Shown in pieces: positions 28,657 to 38,012 of a stretch of 64,000 bases of DNA. Numbering within the stretch: position 1 is the first letter of the stretch; each line of letters opens with the position of its first letter. The position numbers and the translations under genes were made by a program. Below the pieces are notes generated by a model. The model was given only the letters and a program-made list of their open reading frames with translations. It made no database searches and had not been told where the DNA came from. Origin of the DNA: an uncultured delta proteobacterium (GTDB lineage: Bacteria; Myxococcota_A; Polyangia; Fen-1088). The stretch covers positions 1,280,001 through 1,344,000 of the forward strand of contig CAVYGB010000010.1 of NCBI GenBank assembly GCA_963767925.1, given 5' to 3'.

Positions 28657-29094
28657 ATGAAGCAGGGAGCCCCGCGGAAGAGGTGCACGGAGTGCCGGCA
28701 GTGGTACACGCCGTGTGTACGGTCGGCCGATCGGCAGCGGACGTGCGGCGGGGGCGCGTGCCGGGCGCGGCGGCGACGCCGACTCGGACGGCAACGGCGG
28801 TGGCAGGACGTGCAGAGCGCGCGGGTGGCCGAGCGCGAGCGACAGCGACGGTGGCGGGCCGAGCGCCGCGCGGGAGCGAGGGAGAAGGAGGGGCCCCCGC
28901 GGCCATCTGAGGCCACCTGTCACGCGCCGGCTTCGGCCTCCATCAGCGCGGATTTACGGGAGAAAGTGCGCCAATCCGTGGACATGGCGTTCGACTTGTC
29001 ACGCGCCGCCTTCCTGCGCCTGGTGCCCAAAATTCTCGGGGATTTCATGCGATCCGCGGGGAAATCTGGGACAAAAAGTGGGCCGGGAGCGTGA
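28657..29094 (+). CDS. Cys-rich, Arg-rich putative Zn-finger protein
   Basis: CTEC...RQRTCGGGACRARR; lies inside the element, upstream of parB. Confidence 0.6.
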   Translation: MKQGAPRKRCTECRQWYTPCVRSADRQRTCGGGACRARRRRRLGRQRRWQDVQSARVAERERQRRWRAERRAGAREKEGPPRPSEATCHAPASASISADLREKVRQSVDMAFDLSRAAFLRLVPKILGDFMRSAGKSGTKSGPGA

Positions 29095-29182
29095 CTGTCA
29101 CGCGCCGGCTTTTCGTCGTATGCCCGCGGGACCATTGAGGATTCACCCGCGATCCTGGACAGGCTGTCACGCTCCGACCTTC
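28918..29182 (+). repeat. Four direct repeats TGTCACGC(G/T)CCG..(C)TT upstream of the parB-like gene
   Basis: Copies start at 28918, 28997, 29096 and 29165. Confidence 0.85.
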
Positions 29183-29215
29183 GCCAACGCGGTCGTGACG
29201 TGGTTTGTGGAGGCC

Positions 29216-30169
29216 ATGGCAGCCGTCGTGGCCCCCGAAGAGCGCGCGGTCGCCCTCACCGCGCTCGGCGAGACCCACGGGCGCTTGCGCCTGCTGGACG
29301 CGGGGGCTGTCCGCCAGATGCGCGAGTCGCTCGAGCGCCACGGACAGCTGATGGCGGTCGCCGCGTACCGCCCCGGCGATGGCGGTGGCGGCCCCCTCGA
29401 GGTCGTGGACGGCTTCAAGCGGGTGCATGCCGCTCGTGGGCTCGGCTGGGGGGAGCTGCGGGTCCGCGTGCTGCCGGTGGACGCGGTGGAGGCGAAGGTG
29501 GCGATGGGGGTGCTCAATCACGGGCGCGGGCTGTCCGAGCTCGAGGAGGCGTGGCTGGTGCGCGCGCTCCACCGTGAGGACGCGCTGACGCAGCCCCAGA
29601 TCGGGCGGCTGCTGGGACGGCACAAGAGCTGGGTGAGCCGGCGGTTGCTGCTGGCCGAGGGGCTAGACGAGGCGGTGCAGGCGGACGTCCGGCTGGGTCT
29701 CGTCGCCGCGAGCACGGCGACGGCGGTGGCGCGGTTGCCCCGGTGCAACCAGCTCGCGGCGGCGGAGGCGGTGATGCGCCGGGGGCTCACCAGGCACCAG
29801 ACCGAGCGCCTCATCACCGAGGTGCTGGCGCGGCCAGCGGCCGAGCGCGAGCTGGCCCTGTGCGAATCCGCCGAGCGCTTCCCCCTGCTCGGCGATGGCC
29901 CGGCGACCGGCAGACGTCACGGCAGCGAGCGGACGCCCGCGCAGTCGTTGATGGCGGACATCGGGACCCTGGCGCGGATCGCGGCCCGCGTGCAGGCGCG
30001 GCTATGGGAGCGTCCGCTGTCGGCGCTGGGCGAGCCGGCCGCGCGCCTGGTCGCCGATGGGCTCGCGGGGCTCGATCCGGTGCTCACCGCGCTCAGCCGG
30101 ACGATCGCGCGCGCCGTGACCGCAGACCCACGGGCCCAGGGACATGTGGAAGACGCGCCCCGAGCTTGA
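29216..30169 (+). CDS. ParB/RepB/Spo0J-like protein
   Basis: GGAGG RBS; SLERHGQL, VVDGFKR (GxxR box), HTH LTQPQIGRLLGRHKSWVSRRL. Confidence 0.85.
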   Translation: MAAVVAPEERAVALTALGETHGRLRLLDAGAVRQMRESLERHGQLMAVAAYRPGDGGGGPLEVVDGFKRVHAARGLGWGELRVRVLPVDAVEAKVAMGVLNHGRGLSELEEAWLVRALHREDALTQPQIGRLLGRHKSWVSRRLLLAEGLDEAVQADVRLGLVAASTATAVARLPRCNQLAAAEAVMRRGLTRHQTERLITEVLARPAAERELALCESAERFPLLGDGPATGRRHGSERTPAQSLMADIGTLARIAARVQARLWERPLSALGEPAARLVADGLAGLDPVLTALSRTIARAVTADPRAQGHVEDAPRA

Positions 30170-30525
30170 GCACCAGGTGGTGACCCTGGCGGGCCAAGGG
30201 CTCGCGCGCCGAGCGATCGCCCGCGCGATGGGCGTCAGCCGCAACACCGTGCGGAAGATCCTGGAGGCGCACGTCGAGTCCCGGCAGGCGCCACAAGCGG
30301 CGCTCACGCCTGCGCCCGCGCGGGTCCCGCGCGCGCAGAAGCTCGACGACTTTCGCGACAAGGTCACGGATCTGCTGACCCGGTTTCCCGACATTACGGC
30401 GCAGAGGATCTTCGAAGAGCTGCGCGTGGCGGGTTACGACGGCGGCTACACGCAGATCAAGGTGCACGTCGGGCGAGTGCGACCACTGCCGCCGCCGACG
30501 CCGAGCCTGTCGACGCCGATCTACG
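30144..30525 (+). pseudogene. istA: IS21 IstA 5' fragment truncated by IS66
   Basis: RAIARAMGVSRNTVRK HTH, KLDDF and RIFEELRVAGYDGGYT. Confidence 0.8.
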
Positions 30526-30585
30526 GTACCCGGTGCACGGACCCCGTTCTACTCAAGTTGAGCGGTGCCCGGCATCCTGGATGCC

Positions 30586-30966
30586 ATGGCGACAGCAACC
30601 GAATGGGCAGCGCGGATAGAGGCATGGCGGGCGAGCGGCCAGAAGTCCGAAGACTTCTGCGCAGGGAAGGAATTTTCTGCAGGACTTCTTCGGCACTGGG
30701 GGTGGCGGCTTGGCAAGACACGTCGGCGTCCGGCTAGCCGTGCGCCGAAGAAGGTGGCGGCAACCCGGATGCGCCTTCTGCGAGTAGTGCGAGTCCCGAA
30801 GCGGGCTTCCTCTGGCGCAGGCAGCCGGACGACGCTGACGCCAGCGCCGCTGCAGGTCGAGGTTGGTGGTGCGCGGATCGTTGTGCCGGCTGGATTCGAC
30901 GAGTCGATGCTGGCGGCGGTTCTGGAGATTCTGGAACAGCGGGCGACACGCGGAGTGGGGCGATGA
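30586..30966 (+). CDS. tnpA: IS66 TnpA
   Basis: WAARIEAWRASG...FC; C-terminal IVVPAGFDESMLAAVL. Confidence 0.85.
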   Translation: MATATEWAARIEAWRASGQKSEDFCAGKEFSAGLLRHWGWRLGKTRRRPASRAPKKVAATRMRLLRVVRVPKRASSGAGSRTTLTPAPLQVEVGGARIVVPAGFDESMLAAVLEILEQRATRGVGR

Positions 30967-31313
30967 TCCCACACGGCGTGGAGGTGTTCATCGGGCTGGA
31001 GCCCATCGACCTGAGGTGGAGCTTCGATCGGCTGGCAGGCATCGTCGAGGAGCGAATCGGCCGCGAGGCGCGCTCGGGCGCGCTCTTCATCTTCTTCGGG
31101 AAGCATCGCACGGCCGTCAAGGTGTTTTTCTTCGACGGCTCAGGGATGTGCGTTTTCTATAAACGTCTCGACGTCGGGGTCTTCAAGCTGCCCGCGCCGC
31201 TCGACGAACGTGCCACCAGCGTGGCCATCGACGAGCGCGCCCTCGAGGCACTGCTCGACGGCATCGACGTCGAGGCCGCTAAATCGAAGCGTCGGCGGGC
31301 GAGCGTTCATTGA
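30963..31313 (+). CDS. tnpB: IS66 TnpB accessory protein
   Basis: PIDLRWSFDRL, ALFIF, DGSG..FYKRL. Confidence 0.9.
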   Translation: MIPHGVEVFIGLEPIDLRWSFDRLAGIVEERIGREARSGALFIFFGKHRTAVKVFFFDGSGMCVFYKRLDVGVFKLPAPLDERATSVAIDERALEALLDGIDVEAAKSKRRRASVH

Positions 31314-31365
31314 TCATCATGAATCAACGAAACCATCGGCCCGCGAGTATCAATTCAGAGACTGA

Positions 31366-33105
31366 ATGGCCGGCGCGGATTTCTCGACGAGCACGCCCCC
31401 CACCGACGCTGCCGCGCGGATCGCGCGGCTCGAATCTGCGCTCGCCGACAGGGACGCCCGGATCGCCGATCTGGTCCGCGAGCGCGACGAGCTGCGCGCT
31501 GCCTACGATCGCTTGTGGCTCGACGTCGAGCTCATGCGCCGGCGGATCTTCATCGCCAAGGCCGAGCGGGTCGACACCAAGCAGCTTGAGCTCGAGTTCA
31601 AGGATAAGCTCGCCGAACTCGACAAGCTTGCCGGCACCATCGGCATTGGAGCCAACGGCAACGGCGCCGACGGCAAGACCGCTTCCCGGCCCCGACCCAA
31701 GGGTCGCCGAGATCTGCGCCGAATCAAGATGCTCGAGGAGCACATCGAGATTCCCAACCCCGAGATGGACGCGCTCGTCGCCCAGGGCAAGGCCGAGCGG
31801 CTGGGCGCCTCCGAGGAGTCGAGCAAGATCGTGTGGCAGCGTGGCGGCCCACGCCGGCTCGTCGTCTCTCGGGTAAAGTACCGCCGGCCCGACGCCGCCG
31901 ACCCAGCGCCCGAGAAGACCATGATCATCACCGCGCCGATGCCGCCAGAGATGTTTCCGCGCTCGATCGCCACCGTCTCGTTGGTCGCGCACATCGTTGT
32001 CGACAAGTACTGCGACGGCCTTCCGCTGCACCGTCAGGAGAATCGCTTCGCCCGCCTCGGCGTCCCGATCGACCGGGGCACCATGAGCCGCTGGATGGAG
32101 CACGCCGGTGCCACCTGTGGCGCTACGGTCGTCGAGGCCATGCGCAAGGACGCGATGGCTAACGCTTTCTGCATCTCGACCGATGCCACCGGCGTCCTGG
32201 TCCAGCCGCTGCGCGACACCCAGAAGGGGCGCCAACCGTGCCGGCGTGGCCACTACTTCGTGCAAATCGCCGATCGCGATCACGTCTTGTTCGAGTACAC
32301 GCCCAAGGAGACCTCCACCGCCGTCGGCGAGATGTTCAAGGGCTTCGCCGGCTACGTGCAGGCCGACGCCAAGAGCGTCTATGACATCCTGTTCCGCCCG
32401 CCCGACGATCCCCCTGACGACGCTGCTGCTGACCCCCCCGAGCGCACCGAGGTCGGGTGCCTGGCACACGCGCGAAGGAAGCTGTGGGAGGCCACGATTG
32501 CCAAGAGCGCCGTCGCTCGCGAAGGGCTGGCCCGCCTGGGCCGCATCTTCGCCCTGGAGCGCCAGTGGAAGAACTACTCGCCGACCGAGCGAACGGCTCT
32601 GCGCCGGACTCATGCCCGACCGCATCTTGAAGCCTTCTTCGAGTGGGCCCAGATAGAGTTCGCGCGGGTCAAAGATCAACGCGGTCTGCTCCGCACCGCC
32701 CTCGGCTACTGCGTGCGACAGAAAGCCGCGCTCACGCGCTACCTCGACGACGGTCGGCTCGAGCCGACGAACAACGGATCGGAGCGCGAGTTGCGCCGCA
32801 TCGCCGTGGGCAGGAAGGCATGGCTCTTCGTCGGCTCCGACGACCACGCCCAAGCCGCCGGTCACCTGTTTTCCCTCGTCGCCTCGGCTCGTCTTCACAG
32901 CCTCGACCCCGAGCAGTATCTGCGTGACCTCTTCCGGGTCCTGCCGCACTGGCCGCGCGATCGCTACCTCGAGCTGGCCCCGAAATTCTGGACTCGCACC
33001 CGCGACCGCCTCAACCCGGCCGAACTCGTCGCCGAACTCGGCCCGCTCTCTGTCCCGCCGAAGATCGAGCCGCCGGCGGAACAGGAACCACGTCCGCAGC
33101 CCTGA
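31366..33105 (+). CDS. tnpC: IS66 transposase TnpC
   Basis: KYCDGLPLHRQ, TDAT, QADA, GCLAHARRK and NNGSERELR. Confidence 0.93.
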   Translation: MAGADFSTSTPPTDAAARIARLESALADRDARIADLVRERDELRAAYDRLWLDVELMRRRIFIAKAERVDTKQLELEFKDKLAELDKLAGTIGIGANGNGADGKTASRPRPKGRRDLRRIKMLEEHIEIPNPEMDALVAQGKAERLGASEESSKIVWQRGGPRRLVVSRVKYRRPDAADPAPEKTMIITAPMPPEMFPRSIATVSLVAHIVVDKYCDGLPLHRQENRFARLGVPIDRGTMSRWMEHAGATCGATVVEAMRKDAMANAFCISTDATGVLVQPLRDTQKGRQPCRRGHYFVQIADRDHVLFEYTPKETSTAVGEMFKGFAGYVQADAKSVYDILFRPPDDPPDDAAADPPERTEVGCLAHARRKLWEATIAKSAVAREGLARLGRIFALERQWKNYSPTERTALRRTHARPHLEAFFEWAQIEFARVKDQRGLLRTALGYCVRQKAALTRYLDDGRLEPTNNGSERELRRIAVGRKAWLFVGSDDHAQAAGHLFSLVASARLHSLDPEQYLRDLFRVLPHWPRDRYLELAPKFWTRTRDRLNPAELVAELGPLSVPPKIEPPAEQEPRPQP

Positions 33106-33188
33106 GCCTTTCGCGCTCGTGTTCGTCACCCCGTCAATCTGGCTCTGATGCCGTCAGGCTGGAAGTACGGGGTCCGTGCAGCGGGTAC

Positions 33189-34067
33189 TCCAGTAGCGCT
33201 TCAGGGGGCACAGGCGGGGCCAGGGCCAGGAGCAGTGGCTCCTCGCGTGTGAGCGCAGCCTGCAGCGTCTGGGCGACGACGGCGAGGCCGCGTGCTTCGA
33301 CGTAGCCCAGGACCTTGGCGAAAATGCGCGCCGCCTGCTTGGGCCCGTGCCTGTCGACGAGAAGCCGCCAGGCGGTGTCGAAGGGCGTGCCCAGGTCGCG
33401 CACCAACTCGGCGGCTACCTGGCGGAGCGCCTGAGGCTTGCGAGAAAGCTCGGACAGATAGTGCCGATAGTCGATCGACCGCTGGCCCAGGCGCATCCGG
33501 GGGTGAACGACCGTGCCCGTCGGGCCCACGACCTGCACGTCCTCCGCACCGACATGGGCCGTGACATCGAGCCCGGCCCACGCCGTCGGCACCGAGTACA
33601 CCGCGCCCTCGACGGTGATGAGCGAGCGTCGTGACACCGAAGGCAGGTGGGTGGCTCGTGCGCGAAAGGCGTGCGTGGGCAGTGGCAGCATCCGACCAAG
33701 CTCCACCGCGAAGCGCTCGTCCACCCTCGCGTCGAGTCGACTCAGCAGCGCGCGGTTGATCTCTTCCAGGTCGCTGCCCGACGGGATGGGGACCAGATGC
33801 TGCAGGCGAATGCCCTTGCCGCGCGCCTCGACCCCGCCCTTGTCGTGGCCGGTACGCGGTCGACAGAAGCTCGCCTCGCACAGATAGTGCGAGGTCATCG
33901 CTTCGAAGCGCGCCGTCAGCTTGCGCTCGGCACCGATCAGAATCCTGGCCACCGCGGCTCGGAGATTGTCGTACGCGAGTCGCTGGCACCGCCCCGAAAT
34001 GAGCAAACGCTCGTACGTGGCCGTCGAGAAAGCAGATCTGATCCTGGCGAGGGTAGATGCGTGCGTA
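33189..34067 (-). pseudogene. istA: Internal fragment of another IS21 IstA
   Basis: IYPRQDQICFLDGHVRAFAHFG, an indel near 33985, then AYDNL, GHDKGGVE and YSVP. Confidence 0.85.
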
Positions 34068-34648
34068 GTGTCCATCCCCGGAAACGCCGCATCCAACGCC
34101 GACTGCACCGCCGCATACATCGCCATCCGCGCCCGAATCGGATGCCCCTGCGCGACGAGACTGAGCTCCTTGGGCATCGTGAACGTGTAGCGCAGGTAGC
34201 CCGTGCTTTCGCGCCGATCATGGAACGGCTGGCACGCATCCTCGAAGTCCCGCGCCAGCACGACCTGGTCACTGCACCCCCGAAGCGCCCCCAGCCCCAC
34301 GAGCGCAATCCGCCCGCCCTCGAGATCCTGCTTCCACCCCGGGTCCAGCCGCGCGATGTACGCCAGCTCCGCCCGCAAGTACGACGGATCCCTCTCCGCG
34401 TCGTGCGCATCGGAAACGTACGCGAGCGCCCGCCGAGGCGTGCCCTTGGCCGACGCCCCAGAGCTGCGCGTACTGCACCGCACTAGTACACGGCGCCCGC
34501 CTACTCCCGCCCCGCGATCGGCTCCGCCGCCGTGGGGCTGGCCACTTCCGGGGGCGTCTGCGACCCCGGAAGTATTATGTGCATCTCTGCCATGTGCATC
34601 TCTGCCATGTGCATCTCTGCCATGTGCTGATGGCCCGATCGGGGTCAT
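34068..34648 (-). pseudogene. Possible relaxase N-terminal fragment
   Basis: ALAYVS / LAYIAR and YTFTMPKELSL resemble MOB relaxase motifs I/II. The HUH motif is not present. Confidence 0.35.
34577..34627. repeat. 15-bp tandem repeat (ATGTGCATCTCTGCC) x3.4
   Basis: Read directly. Confidence 0.9.
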
Positions 34649-35072
34649 GGCCTGGAAAGTTTCCTGGAGCGCGAGGTGCGGAGCAGAAAACACCCCCGAT
34701 GTGGTCGACCGTCGACGTGCCTGAGCTGAAGATGCTGAGGTGAGTCAGCCTCGATGACCAGGCTGGGGGATCGGGTGGCCGTTGCGGACCACGAGCAGCC
34801 TGGTATTTGCCCGTGTCATCCGCCACAAATCGACGTCCGCGAACGACTCACGCGAAGTCCCTCAGGACGTCCCCCGACTGCCTTAGACCGTCGAAGGGGC
34901 CTCTCTCTTAAGGAGAGGCCGGGAGGTAGTCATGCCGCTCTGCATCTCCATCCTACTTGAGCGTTAGGGCCTTCAGGTTCACCGGGGTTGCGCGAGCCAG
35001 AAACACTCTTAATATTGATAACTTAGCCGCTCCCGGCTAGAAAGATAAAGGCTTTTACTTTAGGGTGCCGAA

Positions 35073-36536
35073 ATGAGTTGGGGCTTCTATGGCCGACACG
35101 ATGAGCTTCGGCTTCTCGAAGCGATCTTGGGGCGGCAGCGCTGGTTTTTCGTGAAGATCACCGGGCGCCGGCGCATCGGCAAGACCACGCTGATTCAGCA
35201 AGCGCTCCAAGCAGTGCGCGATAGGCGGGTGTTCTACGTGCAAATCCCCGACTCCGCGCCGGCAGGTGTGCTCTCCGCCGTCTCCGACGCCATGGACACC
35301 TTTCAGATCGATCGGCAGGTGTTTCCACCGCCCGCATCGCTGCTGCAATTGGCTCAAACGGTTGGGTCCCTGGCACGTGCCGGATACGTGGTCGCTCTCG
35401 ACGAGTTTCAATATTTCAATCGGGAGCGGCTGCGGGAGTTCTGCTCGCACCTTCAGACCGTCATAGACGACCTGAGCGCCCAGGCAGCGGATATTCGTGG
35501 CGGGCTCCTCGTACTCGGTTCCATTCATACGGAGATGCAAGCGCTGCTCGAAGATCGTACCGCTCCGCTGTACAACCGCACGACTGACGAACTCAAGCTC
35601 TCGCATCTTGATGTGCAGTCCTTGGTCGCACTTCTCAAGGCTCACGCAGATCTCACGCCGGAGCGACTTCTTTTTCTGTGGAGCCTGTTCGAGGGCGTCC
35701 CGAAATTCTATCGCGACTGCTATGAGCAGGAGGTTCTAAGCAAGGGACGGCGAGACGTACTCGAACGAGCATTTTTTCTCAGTTCGTCGCCACTACGAAC
35801 CGAGGCCGATAATTGGTTTCTGAAGGAACTACACGGACGCTATGATGTTGTCCTGAAATACGTTGCCAGAAAGGCAGGCTGTTCTCACGGCGAATTAGTG
35901 GAGCACGTTCGTCAAATGAGCCCTGAAACTGGGGAACAGGTCGGCGGATATCTAAAGGTACTAACCGAACGGTATCAACTCATCGAGCGCAGGGTGCCGA
36001 TCTTCTCGGACCTCAAGGAAAAGAAGGGACGTTACTACCTCACAGACAACTTCCTGCGATCCTGGCTCGCCGCCCTTGCTAGCCCAATCGCCGCGATGAA
36101 TTTCGTACCAGTGAATACCCTCATCGCGCAGGCGGACGAGCGGCTGGCCGAGGTCGAGGGCAAGTCATTTGAGAAACTCGTCGCGACCCTTTATGAGGAG
36201 CGAAGCCGTAAGTCTCTCGGTGACTTCAGCCTAACCGCGCGGGTCCAGGGTTATTGGGATCGCGGAGATACCGAGATCGACTTGGTTGCGCTCAACGAGA
36301 CCGGACAACTGGTGCGCTTTGGTAATTGCAAACGCAGTCCCGAGCGTTTGGTCGCAGACCTCTCCGTCTTCAATGGGCACATTGAGCGCTTCCTCCACGC
36401 CTTTCCACGCTTCCAAGGCTGGCGCATAGAGCGGGTCGGGCTCGCCCCCGCACTGTCCGCCGAAGTGCGAGCGAAGCTTGGTGCTGCCGGGCACCTGTCC
36501 CAGGACCTGGCAGATTTAACAGCGGATTTCGTCTAG
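35073..36536 (+). CDS. Archaeal-ATPase-type AAA protein with wHTH and C-terminal DUF234-like nuclease-fold domain
   Basis: FYGRHDEL, GRRRIGKT, LDEFQ, GVPKFY, DNFLRSW and YWDRGDTEIDLV. AT-rich upstream region. Confidence 0.8.
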   Translation: MSWGFYGRHDELRLLEAILGRQRWFFVKITGRRRIGKTTLIQQALQAVRDRRVFYVQIPDSAPAGVLSAVSDAMDTFQIDRQVFPPPASLLQLAQTVGSLARAGYVVALDEFQYFNRERLREFCSHLQTVIDDLSAQAADIRGGLLVLGSIHTEMQALLEDRTAPLYNRTTDELKLSHLDVQSLVALLKAHADLTPERLLFLWSLFEGVPKFYRDCYEQEVLSKGRRDVLERAFFLSSSPLRTEADNWFLKELHGRYDVVLKYVARKAGCSHGELVEHVRQMSPETGEQVGGYLKVLTERYQLIERRVPIFSDLKEKKGRYYLTDNFLRSWLAALASPIAAMNFVPVNTLIAQADERLAEVEGKSFEKLVATLYEERSRKSLGDFSLTARVQGYWDRGDTEIDLVALNETGQLVRFGNCKRSPERLVADLSVFNGHIERFLHAFPRFQGWRIERVGLAPALSAEVRAKLGAAGHLSQDLADLTADFV

Positions 36537-36697
36537 CGCTCGTGGACGGGGGGCTCGTTGAACGTCATGCCGCACCGTCCTATGGAGTCCGTTGAAATAG
36601 TCGGCGATCGTTCTCACTTGCGATTCATCGGGGTACAGCGCTCTATTCCATGTAACCCCAGGTGGGCGCGGTCCTAGACTCGAGGTCGAGATACACG

Positions 36698-37333
36698 ATG
36701 GACTGCCCGGCGCGATGCTTTCCAGCCGTCATTCTGGTCGCGGTGTCGTGTGTGGGCTCTGGCGCTCTGCCGAGTGTGCGCGCCCGGGATGACCGCGCCG
36801 GTGGTGGTCGCTCGGGCGAGGCCGTTGCTGGGGCCAGCCCGAAAGACATGGAACCGTATGCTGGGCGGCGGCCACTCGTCCGGGTCAGGCAGACCTCCTA
36901 TGGGGGGCAGACTCCATCGTTCGGGTTCGTCGTGTTCGACGACGGAGCGGTCTTCTTCGAGGGAGAATCCTGCGTGGGAGACATCGGCCTGCGGAAGGCG
37001 ACGCTCAGCCAGGTCGAGCTGGGCGGGCTGAAAGAACTGGCGGAGCCCAGATGCGCTCAGCTCCTCAGACCGAAGAGCGCGTGGAACGAGCTGGTCGGGT
37101 GCACCCATGCCGACCACGCGATGGTTTCGTGCGCCACGGCTGACGGAGATGTACGGATGGGCATCAACTGTAAAGGGAGCGAGTTGTTTCTCTTCGCCTC
37201 CGATCTGGCCGAGAGCGCCAGGATACGGATGTGGATTGGGACACGGGCGCGCCAGGACTCGTCGTGCCGTTCCGGAAAGCGGTACGCGGCAACGGAGATC
37301 GACCGGATGCTCGGGCCGCCCCGAGCTCGCTGA
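36698..37333 (+). CDS. Hypothetical exported Cys-containing protein
   Basis: Hydrophobic N-terminus; VFDDGAVFFEG motif reminiscent of DUF6438-type proteins. Confidence 0.45.
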   Translation: MDCPARCFPAVILVAVSCVGSGALPSVRARDDRAGGGRSGEAVAGASPKDMEPYAGRRPLVRVRQTSYGGQTPSFGFVVFDDGAVFFEGESCVGDIGLRKATLSQVELGGLKELAEPRCAQLLRPKSAWNELVGCTHADHAMVSCATADGDVRMGINCKGSELFLFASDLAESARIRMWIGTRARQDSSCRSGKRYAATEIDRMLGPPRAR

Positions 37334-37416
37334 GCTGTCGGAGAGGCCGGTGTTGGGTCTTCAGGGTGCCCGCCAAACCTTGGCGGACGGGCGCGGCGGC
37401 GAAGCCCGGGCTTCCC

Positions 37417-37857
37417 TCACCGATCTTCGGCGCGTTCCTGGGGGCGGCCTTCGGCTACTTCGACGAGCTCTTCGGGGAGGCTGAGCATGACGTTGGTGAT
37501 TTCGCCGTCGGTGATGTGCTGGGCGAGGACCCGGAAGAGGGCGGTGACGATGTCGTCGGCGGCGGCGTCGGTGCGGGGGGCGTATTTTTCGCGGACGAGG
37601 GCCAGGAAGTCGGCCTTGCGGCGGATGCGCAGGGGTTTGCCGCTCGGGTGCCAGCCTTCGAAGAAGACGCCGCGCACGACGAGCGGGAGCTGGGCCGAGA
37701 GCTGGGCGGCCTCGTCGACCGAGAGGCGGTCGCGCAGGGCGTGCAGGCCGGCGCGGAGGGCGTGCAGACCCTTGCGGGGGTCCTCGGTCCCGAGGGCCGC
37801 CATCATGTCCTTGACCCAGACGATCGCGTGCTGATTCGCCCTGTCGAAGACATGCAT
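37417..37857 (-). CDS. DUF2267 family protein
   Basis: ALRAGLHALRDRL..DEAAQLSAQLP...FEGW. Confidence 0.85.
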   Translation of the reverse strand: MHVFDRANQHAIVWVKDMMAALGTEDPRKGLHALRAGLHALRDRLSVDEAAQLSAQLPLVVRGVFFEGWHPSGKPLRIRRKADFLALVREKYAPRTDAAADDIVTALFRVLAQHITDGEITNVMLSLPEELVEVAEGRPQERAEDR

Positions 37858-38012
37858 GCGGCGCCCTCCCCGCAGGGAGGATAGCGCCGGCTCGCGCGCG
37901 GCGCGAGCGGAGACTGCCGCTCGGACGGGTCGCCGAGCGTGACTCGACGGCATCCTGCGCGGCGTCCGGGACCCCCGAGGGTCCCGGTGACGATTGTCGG
38001 GATTGCCCCCGA

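Larger units (their letters stand above)
28467..30525 (+). mobile_element. Left part of an IS21-like element carrying Zn-finger and ParB-like genes
   Basis: TGTTAGCTCG left end with GTGA(T/G)CCACCC sub-repeats at 28514, 28537 and 28583; then orf, parB-like gene and istA 5' end. Confidence 0.8.
30526..33188 (+). mobile_element. Complete IS66-family element (2663 bp), no target duplication
   Basis: IRs GTACCCGGTGCACGGACCCCGT and GTACCCGCTGCACGGACCCCGT; tnpA-tnpB-tnpC intact. Confidence 0.93.
17172..37333. mobile_element. Nested mobile-element island; right border approximate
   Basis: Continuous run of transposase and recombinase genes, IS ends and truncated genes, with visibly less GC-biased cargo. 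Confidence 0.8.

Noticed and set aside
28918..29182. Possible mini-CRISPR array
   Set aside because: Repeats are only about 17 bp, spacing is irregular (79, 99, 69 bp) and there are no cas genes. Kept as putative binding sites.
30963..31313. TnpB as an RNA-guided nuclease
   Set aside because: This is the 116-aa IS66 accessory TnpB, unrelated to IS200/IS605 TnpB; no RuvC motifs.
33134..34693. 519-aa ORF that looks like an in-frame relaxase-IstA fusion
   Set aside because: The IstA sequence at the junction (IYPRQDQICFLDGHVRAF) is in another frame. Continuity arises only from an indel near 33985, and the C-terminus runs into the IS66 end.
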